Source of the DNA: Octopus vulgaris | Taxonomy: Eukaryota | Length of the DNA: 64,000 bases | Reading direction: 5' to 3' | Assembly: GCA_951406725.2 (NCBI GenBank) | Contig: OX597818.1 | Span: 140,864,001-140,928,000 of the forward strand | Shown: positions 1 through 12,146 of the stretch, piece after piece | Position numbering within the stretch: the stretch's first letter is position 1 | Layout: each line of letters begins with the position of its first letter | Notes under the pieces: generated by a model | Told to the model about the DNA's origin: nothing | Databases searched by the model: none | Seen by the model: the letters and a program-made list of their open reading frames with translations, nothing else | Position numbers and translations under genes: made by a program

Positions 1-388
1 AATTATTGTGGAGGCTGCCATCATTACTGTCGTTGTTATTGCTGTCTGCCATCCACAAATCCATGATCAACAGCACCCCATCAAATTTTATCATCTTTCT
101 TCGGATTTTGCAATGAGTTCTTAGTTTCTCTTTTCTGAAAACATTCCAGAAATATTTCAAAGCAATTTGGCTGCTGTTTCTAGCATGTCACAGACCATGA
201 AGAATATCTTTGCTCATACATATGCTGGTAAAGATTTTAAAGTTATATTGGCTTGATGTAGAACTATTTTTTTCGCTGTTGTTATTGTATGTATGTCGAC
301 AGAGAATTATATTCGATTTTCAATTAATTTATCTCGTAATATAATTCGGTTTAATATATCGATTATAAATGTAAGATATTGCTGTATA

Positions 389-443
<55 letters not shown>

Positions 444-602
444 CGTGTAATTTTCTCTCCATTACGTTAACACACGAATAACAAATAATAGAAGAATTAT
501 ATAAAAAGAAATCTTATTAAAATTGTAAATAATAAATTTTAAAATTCCGATAAGTGAATCTATAACCGAATAATGTTATGAGTGATATATATATACACGT
601 AT

Positions 603-1029
603 ATATATTTCATATAAATACAGTGTACATTTAAACACATAAGAGATGAGAGATGGCCATCTTAGGACACCTAACGCGCTAGAAGGAGTAATCAAAATCC
701 AAACCACAATTAGGCGTAATTTCGAAGGGAATTAAAAATAAAATCATTTACCATCTTCCTCCCGGACAATGGTTTAGAAGTCTCATTAGCAAATAAATTA
801 AGTTGCTAGACGAAGTTCTCGTCAGTGGGAACGCCAAAAGTTTAACATATAAATACGAGGTAATACAGTACATACCTCGTGCTTACATATAATTTTTCAA
901 ATCCACCGCTCGAGCGCAGATTTGTCTGCAGTAAAAGATATAATGCCGACTTGCTTCTAAAAATTTGCCAAAAATAATTAATAAATATCAGGGTAGGAAA
1001 AATTTTAGAATGTTTTTACTATCAGTGGC
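603..1029 (-). mobile_element. Small PLE/retrozyme-like unit carrying a hammerhead motif, ending in (TA)n
   Basis: Reverse complement of the two blocks at 1044-1243 and 1274-1478; contains the HHR motif at 760-831; abuts a (TA)n tract. Confidence 0.65.
760..831 (-). ncRNA. Minimal type I hammerhead ribozyme motif (degenerate GAAA)
   Basis: Minus strand: tccca CTGACGA gaact-tcgtctagcaacttaatttatttgctaatgagacttc TAAA ccattg TC cggga. Core CUGACGA, hairpin-extended stem II, G12 mutated, GUC site, stem I tccc/ggga. Confidence 0.65.
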
Positions 1030-1043
1030 TTAGCATTTAGAAA

Positions 1044-1478
1044 CTAGCAAATTAATTTATTTGCTAATTAGAGTTCGAAACCATGGTTCGGGAGAAAGAT
1101 GGTAGATGTTTTTATTTTTCATTCCCTTCGAAATTACCCCTAATAGTGGTTTGGATTTTGACTACTCCTTCTAGCGTGTTAGGTGTCTTATGATGGCCAT
1201 CTCTTATGTGAGTAAATGTACACTGTATTTATATGAATAATATATAGTATATTGACTATTTTCTACGTATCAGGCCACTGGTAGTAAAACTTTTTTTTTA
1301 GTTTTCCTACGCTGATATTTATTAACAATTTTTGGCAAATTTTCATTTGCTGCTAACAAAACTGCGCTTGCGCGGTGGATTTGAAAAAATTATAATATGT
1401 AAACACGAGGTGTGTACTGCATTGTCTCGTATTTATATGTTAATCTTTTGGCGTCTCCACTGATGAGAACTTTGCCTA
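1044..1478 (+). mobile_element. Circularly permuted copy of the 603-1029 unit, with the hammerhead split between its two ends
   Basis: Starts with the HHR 3' half (ctagcaaattaatttatttgctaattagagttcGAAAccatggTTcgggag, 1044-1094) and ends with the HHR 5' half (ctccaCTGATGAgaactttgccta, 1455-1478). Confidence 0.7.
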
Positions 1479-1528
1479 TAGTAAAAATTTCTAAATTTTT
1501 CCTATTCTGATATTTATTATATATACAT

Positions 1529-1579
<51 letters not shown>

Positions 1580-1610
1580 TACACACATATACACACATAT
1601 ATATAAGTTC

Positions 1611-2433
1611 GTTTTCTATGTTCTTGTTTTTATGTTTTCGTTTCTTATTCTGTCTACGTTTTTTTGATCTCCTGTACCCACATATGCATGTATATATACA
1701 TATATTTGTAGGTATGTACATATATCTATGTATATATGCATATATTTATATACTATTTATATTATTATATGATTGAACGCCACGCGTCCTTTTCCAAGTA
1801 AGTTTTATCTTAATAATTACGATGCGCACACTTCTATCTCTTTTCTGTCTATCTATCTCCATTTCTTGTTCTTCTTCCTTTCTGTTTTTCCTCCCAAACT
1901 TTCCCTGCTCTTCTCCTCTCCCCTTCAGCGTTCCCTCACTCTCTCTCTCTCACTGTTCCTCCTTGATTCTCTCGTTGCTCACATGTGACCAACGGCCATT
2001 CTTTCTTTCTTCCATTTCCTTCCTAAAGATGCGACGTGCTTTTATCTGTCTGTTTTCAAAGCTCATTTTTCCAGCGTTCACCACTTCACATCGTCTTAAC
2101 AGCCTTTACCGTTTGTTCTAACTGTTTTTTTCTCACTGTCCTGTTGTTATAAGCACTTTCACTTTCCGCAAAAAATCCCAAATTTTATTTAATTTGCTTT
2201 GCGGGAAGAACTGTTTTAACGTCGTCGCGTCTTGTCCTTGCTTTCGGAATGCGGAGTAAATAAAACAGGGGACAACTGATGAAGAGAATGTCTCGTTTCT
2301 CTGTTTGTTTTTTTCTCGTTGTTCGAAAAAAATATCGTTTACTGTTTTTGTTTTTAATGTTCTTATTTCTCATTCTGTCTACGTTTTTTGATGTCTTGTA
2401 CCCATATATGCATGTATATATGCACAGATTGTA
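1611..2433 (+). mobile_element. Probable PLE 3' remnant with ~90-bp terminal direct repeats (pseudo-LTR-like)
   Basis: attctgtctacgtttttt-gat..tgtaccca.atatgcatgtatata occurs at ~1647-1700 and ~2372-2425; CT-rich interior; lone CTGATGA at 2276. Confidence 0.4.
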
Positions 2434-2434
2434 T

Positions 2435-2841
2435 TTTTGGCTATTCGATTTATAATCAATCGCCTGTCATCTATCAGCATGAAAACGATTAATGTTTTCC
2501 TCGGTGATGTTAGTTGCAAGACGTCCAGACCTTGGCTCATCTTCAAGAATCCCTTTCCTCTCCTAGATTCAGCTACCCACTGTAACACTGTTGATAAAGC
2601 TGGAGCATCATTCCATAGCATGGAAGCCATATCAACATGAATGTCGTTGGGGACCAACATTTTATTTTACAGGTACTTGATAACACCACGATGTCAAATT
2701 TCCTTCTTTTAGCTAGTTACCTGGGGAAAAAAAACAAATCAGTTATTAATAAGAATATTCGAAATTAATGCATGCAAGTTTTCACAGCTCTACCATCACT
2801 CCTTCATGGTCAGTTTATGACGTTTTCAGCCTACCCCGTGT
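2435..2841 (-). mobile_element. mariner transposon 5' remnant (TIR plus N-terminal HTH)
   Basis: Minus frame ..PNDIHVDMASMLWNDAPALSTVLQWVAESRRG.. then, after a frameshift, LEDEPRSGRL; mariner-like end tacacggggtaggctgaaaa next to TA. Confidence 0.75.
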
Positions 2842-2851
2842 ATATATTTAG

Positions 2852-2896
<45 letters not shown>

Positions 2897-3407
2897 AAAT
2901 TACACACACGCATTATATGTGTGTGTACATTGAATCGTGTGTGTATTTTATTGAATATATAACCGTAAATATTTACTCTCATACATTACTAGTTGCATGC
3001 AAGAAAGAAGTTTTTACTTAGAATAGAAAATTAGATCGAAAAAAAAAGAATAATTACGAAAAGAATTTTGAGGATATAACATCAAAAAAACGCGTGATAT
3101 CTATTGAGTGGGAGAAATGATCACAAGAATGAGAATCTTTTATTATAAAGCAGGAATACCATTGATAAACTTATGGCATCTTTGAAAGACCACATGACAT
3201 CTGTCTTACAAGGATGACAAATTACTAGATGTCAGCAGGTAATTGATACGAATATTTCCATCTTGTTGCAGGTATTTATGATTCAGTCACAGATCTTGCA
3301 CGCATATACAAATAAAGATATGTCGTGCGAAATAGTTTATATGCACATAAACACACACACACACACACATATGTATATATACTTGAATGTATATGTGTAT
3401 ACGTGTA

Positions 3408-3458
<51 letters not shown>

Positions 3459-3769
3459 GGACATAATTACATTATCTGCAAATATATACGTGTATGTATG
3501 CACATATATATATATATGAAAAGAAAGAAAGTTCAGGCCCATACTTGATAAGATCATTTTCGGGGTACTTTTTCAATATTTTACAATAAAAAAAAGCAAA
3601 GTTTTACATGCTAAAACTTTTGCTTTCGTTTTTGGAGAATACGTTATACTGTAGTGGTTAAATTTTCATCGTATTTACCTTTTCTAAATAAGTTTAGATC
3701 ACACCTATATCAGATATCGCATACTGTATGAGTTAAAAGCGATTCCCTCAGCAATGTACCCGAAACAAG

Positions 3770-4215
3770 TTTATACCCCCTGAATGAAGAAATATAAAGC
3801 GTAATGTTTATCATGGAGTATTAAACCAAAATGAGGCAGTTAATGGGGTGAAGTATCGTCGTCAGTATGAAGCATTGCACGAAAAACGACAGAAAAATCG
3901 CCCATCGCTCGTCAGTTTCAAAGAGATGTTGCTCTTACAAGTTAATCCATGCTCAAATATAGCCCACTTCATTCGGTAAAAAAAACAAACATTATAGTAA
4001 TAAATATCTAAGTTTAGCTTCTCATTCTGCTGATCTAGTCACATCTGATAATCATCTTGCCATGGCAGCATTATTTAGAGGTTAAAAAGTGTATCAATTG
4101 TGAGGAGATTAAATAATATATTGTGTGTTTTTTGCACCGAAACTTGAAGAATTTTACACCTAAGTGATCAGAATTCTGGCAAATTGATAAGATTTCGTTA
4201 TCAATAATGAGAGGA
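3770..4215 (+). mobile_element. mariner transposase catalytic-domain pseudogene fragment
   Basis: YHGVLNQNEAVNGVKYRRQYEALHEKRQKNRPSLVSFKEMLLLQVNP and HSADLVTSDNHL resemble mariner LLHDNARPH and YSPDLAPSDYHLF motifs; many stops. Confidence 0.65.
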
Positions 4216-4321
4216 AACCTTATCGTAATTAAATATATTAATTAAGATCAAAGAAGCACTTGTTTCTTTCCCATCTTAAAATACGACAGGTATTTCTTCA
4301 TTATATTAATATATATATATA

Positions 4322-4414
<93 letters not shown>

Positions 4415-4512
4415 GTGTGTGTGAGAGAGTGTGCGTGTGCGCGAGTGTGTGTGTGTAAACATATATTATATATATTGAATGTATTTGTATGAACACACAG
4501 TCATATATATAC

Positions 4513-4593
<81 letters not shown>

Positions 4594-4631
4594 TATGCAC
4601 ACGCATATATACACACACATATATATATTTA

Positions 4632-4699
<68 letters not shown>

Positions 4700-5065
4700 C
4701 ATCAAACATGCCTACATAGATATATAAATACAAACAATATATACATACACATACTGCATACAGACAGATAGACAGACAGAAAAACATCAACCTAAATTTT
4801 CTACAGAAGCTGTGCTATCGACAGGCACCACCTACGAAGAGATGAATGAGTTTTAGGCTTGAGATCACTGCAGGCAACCTTTCAATGTCATCATCTTCTT
4901 GAGACGATATCTGCAAAACAATAACAACAGTAAAAATAAATACACAATTTTTGTGGTTGAAAAGCAAAGAGAGCAACATCTTATATCTCGGCAGTGAGCT
5001 TCTTAATGAACTCCTATAAAATCCTCAAACTGTTGGACTAACACACTGAAAAGATCTAGATTTAG

Positions 5066-5335
5066 CGAAGATGTTGCTGTGTGGTAAGACACTAACTTCC
5101 CAACCACATGGTACAGGCTGCTTTCATTTTCGTCTACCAAATTCATTCTCAAGGCTTTGGTCAATCTGAGGCTATTATTGTAGAAGGCGCTTGCCCAAGA
5201 TGCCACGTTGCGGACCAATAGAATAAGTACTAGGCTTACAAAGAATAAATCCTGGCGTCGATTTGCTCGACTAAAGGTGGTGCTCCAGGATGGCCGCCGT
5301 CAAATGGCTGAAACATATAAAAGAGTAAAAGAGTA
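5066..5335 (+). mobile_element. SINE family A copy with an internal inversion and deletion
   Basis: Head on + (5066-5113), body inverted (5114-5212), tail on + (5213-5335) ending in aagagtaaaagagtaag. Confidence 0.75.
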
Positions 5336-5337
5336 AG

Positions 5338-5700
5338 CAATCACAAATGTGATTAGAAGCTCCCCAAATATTTCATCACTGTGCCACCTCCCTATGCGAC
5401 ACGACGATATCGCTAAAAAAATATACAGTGCCATTTGAAATAAATATAGAAAACTGACTGTCAGTGAATATATACACAAGCATCAACACTAGAAGTAGTG
5501 GTTGATCATTCTCATATGTTCTCTCATGTGTAAACATAACAGAGCGGATAGTGTCATTTAGGACGAACATAGGAAATTATGTACCCTCATAGAGGTCAGT
5601 TGCCCTACTCATGTGAATATCTGATCAAAAATCATTAAGGAAAGGAAGTGCTACGAAAACTTCACCTTCGATATCTAGATTATAAATTCACATTTATACA
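5338..5700 (+). mobile_element. Decayed R4/Dong-like LINE restriction-like endonuclease fragment
   Basis: Reads HLPMRHDDIAKKIYSAI ... CKHNRADSVI*DEHRKLCTLIEVSCP, matching the RHD, HNRPD and IEVSCP motifs of RLE non-LTR elements. Confidence 0.65.
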
Positions 5701-6015
5701 AATAATACTTGTTACACTTGATGACAATCTGGATGAGCTAGGGTTTACAAAATAAAAAAATCAACCAAATAATTTTCACATTACAAATACAATATGTAGG
5801 TGGAACAGTAGAAATATGCAAGCTTAAATGTGAATTTGTTTAGTTTTTGTTTTTGTTTTTAATTTTAATTAGTTGATTTTATTTCATCTCTTCTCACATT
5901 TCATGATTGTCTGAGTAGCTTAAGATGAGTTCTGTGAAGTGAGTACCTCATTAATGTCACTGTCATTTACCAAGGAACATATATATATATATACACACAA
6001 TCTATATATACATAC

Positions 6016-6084
<69 letters not shown>

Positions 6085-6095
6085 GAGAGAGAGAG

Positions 6096-6685
6096 CAATA
6101 AGAAAATGGAGGGGATAAATAGGTGGTATTCATCAAATTTTAGACATTATATTACGTCAATTTATTTATATATTCACTACAAGGACGAGTACAACAATAT
6201 ATACACATGTGTAACATATTATGCTTTACATATATAATATATAAAATATATAAATATCAGTAAGTATTAAAATATATAACATATAGCAATAGAAATTGGG
6301 ATAATATCTTACAGCTGTTTCAGCCAAGAGGTAAAAATACTTCATTCTACCATTATCCCTCAAGTAGATTCATGTAATTAGTAGATGGAATTGAGGTACT
6401 TGGGTGTTTCTCTAGGCGTCGTCAGAGATTTTAGAAAGTACGTAAGGTTATAAATATAAATTAGAGATAAAACCACAATTATGCAACTCACAATGATAGA
6501 CACAAACCAAAACATAAATAACAAATAAAATATATTTTTATAAAACATATATAGTTATTCATTAGTATATTTTTTGTGATCTAGTTATGTTTTATAAAAA
6601 TATATTTTCATTTGTTATTTATGTTTTGGTGCGTGTCTATCATTCTTTGAGTTGCATAATAGTGGTTTTATCTCTAATTTATATT
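6096..6685 (-). mobile_element. PLE terminal remnant with hammerhead and fold-back end
   Basis: Bounded by (TA)n/(GA)n; HHR at 6306-6430; inverted repeat 6454-6548 / 6586-6685. Confidence 0.65.
6306..6430 (-). ncRNA. Minimal type I hammerhead ribozyme with a long stem II insertion
   Basis: atct CTGACGA c-gcctagag...ctcttggc-t GAAA cagctg TA agat. Intact core, palindromic stem III ACAGCTGT, GUA site, stem I atct/agat. Confidence 0.8.
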
Positions 6686-6921
6686 ATATATATATATGTG
6701 TGTGTGTGTATGTGTGTGTGTGTGTATGTGTGTGTGTGTGTATGTGTGTGTGTATGTGTGTGTGTACACACGCACACACACAAAAAGAGATTATACATAT
6801 TGAAGAATAGTCTACTTATATGATCTGAATTATGCAATTCATCGCTTTCTCTTACCTATATGTACGCACGCACACACACATATACACATACAAATACATA
6901 CATGTATGTACATTATCATCA

Positions 6922-6997
<76 letters not shown>

Positions 6998-6998
<1 letters not shown>

Positions 6999-7103
6999 GA
7001 GTGAGGGAGCATTTCATGCCATCAAAGTGACACTGGGGTAAAATATACGAAGCCCAATATACCCACCATGACTACCCGTCTGATAAGGGTACACCAGGCA
7101 CAT
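6998..7103 (-). mobile_element. 5'-truncated copy (3' ~100 bp) of the (TAA)n-inserted element
   Basis: Matches the 3' end of 26388-27042; (TTA)n on both sides. Confidence 0.85.
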
Positions 7104-7114
7104 AATTATTATTA

Positions 7115-7205
<91 letters not shown>

Positions 7206-7546
7206 GACAATTATTTAGCAGAAGCAAGAGATGACTCAAGCACTGAGTGTTTCATGCGTAAATTGTCAACTCACGTAAATCTTGGCCCGTGAGTCACTCT
7301 GCTGCTTATGCTAAATGTTAATGAAAACACATATACTCATATTTCGAGTTCTATTTTACCTGTATGCATCAACATTCCTTTATATGCAGACATTTGTATA
7401 ATAGATGCATACATAAGGATATACATATATATATATATATATATATTATATTAATATATATACACACAAATAGTATACATATATTAATATGTACGTGCAC
7501 ACATATATGCGTATAGAAAATAAACGTACATATAAACGTAAACGTA

Positions 7547-7711
7547 CGCAGTTGTTGTGTGGTAAGTAGCTTGCTTACCAACCAATGGTTCCGGGTTCAG
7601 TCCCACTGCGTGGCATCTTGGGCAAGTGTCTTCTGCTATAGCCCCGGGCCGACCAATGCCTTGTGAGTGGATTTGGTAGACGGAAACTGAAAGAAGCCTG
7701 TCGTATATATG

Positions 7712-7742
<31 letters not shown>

Positions 7743-7980
7743 TTGTGTGTCTGTGTTTGTCCCCCTAGCATTTCTTGACAACCGATGTTGGTGTGTTTAC
7801 GTCCCCGTCACTTAGCGGTTCGGCAAAAGAGACCGATAGAATAAGTACTGGGCTTAGAAAAGAATAAGTCCCGTGGTCGAGTTGTTCGATTAAAGGCGGT
7901 GCTCCAGCATGGCCGCAGTCAAATGACTGAAACAAGTAAAAGAGTAAAAGAGTAAAGACGAAAGAGTAAAGAGTAAAGAG
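7547..7980 (+). mobile_element. SINE family A (tRNA-like head, CORE-like block, internal TA/TG microsatellite, GAGTAAAA tail)
   Basis: Near-identical to copies at 16507, 19747, 22970 and 36044. Confidence 0.9.
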
Positions 7981-8137
7981 ATATACATAGTTCTGTGGGA
8001 GATATATTGGCTGATACACTTCAAAGATCTACAACGCTTGTGTTGTTATTACTACTACCTTTAGATAGTTTTATTCATAACCTCTCTTGAATCACTAATT
8101 TCCTACAAAGAGCATATATATTTTGATCTAAGTATAG

Positions 8138-8207
<70 letters not shown>

Positions 8208-8680
8208 CGAATGACTGCTGCAAGGCTATCAAACGAGAACACTAGGTGGTGTTATGATGAAAGCCAGCATAATAATGTAATGGCGAGAGCGTTGTGGTTC
8301 CACAGTGACAGAGACATGAGAGGGATATGGCGTTGATCGGTGTTGTATGGTGGTGCGTGTTTTGTCTTTGTGATGTTGGTTTTTTTAAATTTAGGATTTA
8401 TCTCTACTATTTATTTGACTTGTTGTTATATTTAAATTTGGATAGGTTTCATTATCTCTATAGGTGGGAAGTAAGAGATGCTAGTTGTAGCCATAGATTT
8501 TATTGTCGCATTGGTGATAACGAAGAATATGAAGACGACAACAAGGAACCATCATTATTATCGTCGGCGTCATCCTTGTCATCTTGATTAAGATCATGAT
8601 TATCATGATGATTGTCATCATCTTTGGTCTTCCGCTGTCATAATCATGATTCTCGCCATCGTCACGATCATCATGAATAC

Positions 8681-8893
8681 CTATTTCTTTTTTACCCACA
8701 AGGGACCAAACACAGAGCGGACAAACAAGGACAGACATAGGTATTAAGTCGATTACATCGACCCCAGTGCGTAACTGGTAATTAATTTATCGACCCCGAA
8801 AGGATGAAAGGCAAAGTCGACCTCGGCGGAATTTGAACTCAGAACGTAACGCAGACGAACTACCGCTAAGCATTTCTGCCAGCTCGCCGCCTT
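8681..8893 (-). mobile_element. SINE family B
   Basis: Reverse complement of aaggcggcgagctggcagaa...gagttcaaattccgccgaggtcgactttgcctttcatcctttcggggtcgataaa; same family as 11914-12146. Confidence 0.9.
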
Positions 8894-9017
8894 GAATACC
8901 ACAGCACCACAGTCAGCCTATCATCATCATCGTATCATCTCCTTCGTCTTTGTCTTCATCATTATCAACAGCAATGACATCATCATCATCAACATCATGA
9001 TCATCATCATTGTCATT

Positions 9018-9078
<61 letters not shown>

Positions 9079-9185
9079 ACAGCAGCAGCAGGAAATTTCT
9101 GAGGGTTTCATTGTTTTTAAATCACATTCAATTTCAGGACAGAGAGAGATGGGGGGAGAGAAAGAAAGAAAAAAAGAAAGAATGA

Positions 9186-9221
<36 letters not shown>

Positions 9222-10449
9222 ATGAAAGAAAGGAAGAAAGAAGGAAAATTAGAAGCGAGAAAAGGGAGTGAATGAGCGGTAGTAATTGCCGAATGATGTA
9301 GTCATACATCCTCATGTTTTCACAGTTATTTTTCGTTAATCATGTGCGGCACTCTGATATCTGTATTTTAATATATATACTCTGTAGTCCTTGGTCAGAC
9401 ATTTCTGTTCAGGCCAATAGTTAATAAGCATTCAAGTCATGAACATGCCTTCCTTCTCTAGTAATATATTATACAATGTGTCTTCCCGTAGGCTTTAATT
9501 TGAGGCAGATATGGCTACTATTTTTAGCAAAATGAACGAACGCTTAAAAGATCCCTCTTTGGCTCCTTATCATCCTTGATCGAGCTGTCATTTGATCAAA
9601 TGAGTTTCATTTGTGACCACACATCTTTTTACTTATGTGCCATCAAGACAGAATCACTTTTTAATGTTCTTTTAAACCTTTGCTCTTATTTCAAAACCTC
9701 ATATTCGTAGCTTGCTACAGATTTTCGCATACTTTCATGAAGCTTGCTACTTCTCACCCTCCCTCTTTTTACTCCCTGGAAAACATCTAGCATTTCCGTG
9801 GAATGCATAAACTTTCATGATTAAACGTAGCACGCACTTTTATTCCAAACTTCCGCACCAGCACTGCAGATCGCTCTTAAGCCACTGCACAAATATCGCA
9901 GTATGAGTACTCCCCCATATCGTCAGATAATTATTCTCATCATAGTATTCCCGTTTGATGTGATAACATAAATATTAAGACTATCGGCAGCACTAAATAG
10001 TCAACTAACGATTAATTCTCTTCTCTTAGGTAACAAGTAATGTAACAGTTTCTATAACGTTGCATTAAATAACAGTAATATGCTAAACCTTGCATCCTTC
10101 ATGCCTACTCCTCTCCATTCTTCAATGTCACGTGTTTTAATCAACTATTTCCTCCCATCATGTTATTCTCCACACTAATTTAATTAAATATATTTCCTTA
10201 GTCTTACTAATTTACGTTTTAATAGATTCCCTTTCAGATTCTATCACTAGTACATTCACATGTGTGTGTGTTTGTGTGTAATTTGTGTGTCTGTGAAAGT
10301 TCGCTTACTTTTGTGTGTCTGTGTTCAAGTACCGGTGCATGTACGTAATAATGCGTTTTAAAATGTATACATGTGTGTGCTTGCGCGAGTACACTTATGT
10401 AAGTAACGATGTCGATGATTGTTTTTATACCTGATTATCTGTATCGTCT

Positions 10450-10472
10450 ATCTATCTATTTATCTATCTATC

Positions 10473-10546
<74 letters not shown>

Positions 10547-10582
10547 TTATCTATCTATCATCTATCTATCTATCTATCTATC

Positions 10583-10640
<58 letters not shown>
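10450..10640. repeat. (TATC)n microsatellite
   Basis: Directly visible. Confidence 0.95.
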
Positions 10641-10661
10641 ATGTGTGTCTGTCTATCTACA

Positions 10662-11199
10662 TGTTGTGGAGGGTGTTTCGTTTGTGAACTGAATTTGGAG
10701 GTAACTGAAAATTTCTTAAAGCTGCTTGTAAAAGGGATTAACAAATCTCACGATCAAATGACAGAAGCTTTATTTATTGCACATATGGTTTTCTGCGTTG
10801 CTCTTTGGGCGAAAAAGTAAAAGTGACAATTTATACACATTGGGAGAGATATACTATTGGGCTTTACAACGAACTAGTTGTTACCTATCAACCTGTGATT
10901 GGACCATCACAACTGGAAAAATAATCCCGCTAAATTTATGTTCGCGAAAGCTGTACCATCCATCTGCAACGGTTGGGGAATGAAATGAGAATAGAGATAT
11001 TAAAGCGGCTGCCTCAGCATTCTGAAGTTGCCACCTGAACCCCACCTCTTCATAGGGATCATTAGAAAGTTTTAGAATGTCGAATCATGTGATTGCACGA
11101 CACTGACTGGTAAATTAACAGGCAGATCATTATAGATGTCAGTGATCTCACCGTGGTGTCTGCGAAGCTATCCAGTGGTTCGGTTTCAAATCTGTTACA
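10662..11199 (+). mobile_element. Candidate solo LTR
   Basis: Complex 538-bp island starting TGT and ending ACA; internal ATTAAA near 10998; flanked by tgtctgtctatcta(c/t)a on both sides inside a microsatellite. Confidence 0.4.
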
Positions 11200-11571
11200 T
11201 GTCTGTCTATCTATATCTATCTGTCTGTCTGTGTATCTGTCAGTCTGAGTGTCTGTCTGTCCGTCTGTCTGTCTATATATATATGTGCATGTGCGCGGTC
11301 GCATACGCGTGCGTGTACATACATATTCAATTCGAGATACATTTCAGGATGCTCTTATATGTGCATTCTTAATTTGATCAAACTTTTTTGCTAGCAGGAT
11401 TAATGCACTTAATTTGATGGATGAAAGCCTGAAGATTCTTTCGGTGTAAGTTGGCGCATATCTATGTGGATGAGAGAAGATGCATGGTTCGTATACAGCA
11501 AGCGCATTTCTACATTTCCGTACAAGGGATTTTCAACCCAACATGTTTTAAGCTATTCTCTATAGTTGAAT

Positions 11572-11790
11572 AAAGGCGACGAGCTGGCAGAATTGTGAGG
11601 ACGTCGGTCAAAATGCCTAACTGTATGTCATCAAGCTTTTTACTTTCTGAGTTCAAATTCAGCCAAAGTCGACTTTGCCTTCCATCCTTTCGGGGTCGAT
11701 GAAAATAAAGTTCCAGCCAAGTACTGCGATCGATGTAAACGACTTGCCTCTTCCTTCAAAAATTGGTGGTTAGAATTTGAAATGATTATT
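11572..11790 (+). mobile_element. SINE family B, diverged
   Basis: aaggcgacgagctggcagaa...gtcgactttgccttccatcctttcggggtcgat. Confidence 0.85.
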
Positions 11791-11913
11791 TATACTTCAA
11801 TTCAAGATACACGCTTTATATTGGCATATTTCTTGATACCTCACCATTTGCGTTCTAAACGGAAGCGATTTCTTTTACATTACATCATTTAGTGTAGAGA
11901 TCAATATTATTAT

Positions 11914-12146
11914 AAGGCGGCGAGCTGGCAGAAACGTTAGCGCGCCGGGCGAAATGCTTAGCGGTATTTCATCTGTCGTTACGTTCTGAGTTCAAATTCC
12001 GCCGAGGTCGACTTTACCTTTCATCCTTTCGGGGTCGATAAATAAAGTACCAGTTTCGCACTGGGGTCGATGTAATCGACTTAATCCCTTTGTCTGTCCT
12101 TGTTTGTCCCCTCTATGTTTAGCCCCTTGTGGGTAGTGAAAAAAAA
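11914..12146 (+). mobile_element. SINE family B, near full length
   Basis: B-box-like gagttcaaattcc; central cctttcatcctttcggggtcgataaa; tail tttgtcccctctatgtttagccccttgtgggtagt. Confidence 0.9.

Noticed and set aside
603-1243. A MITE with ~200-bp TIRs
   Set aside because: The interior has its own inverted copy outside the supposed right TIR, so two opposed, permuted copies of one unit explain the pattern better.
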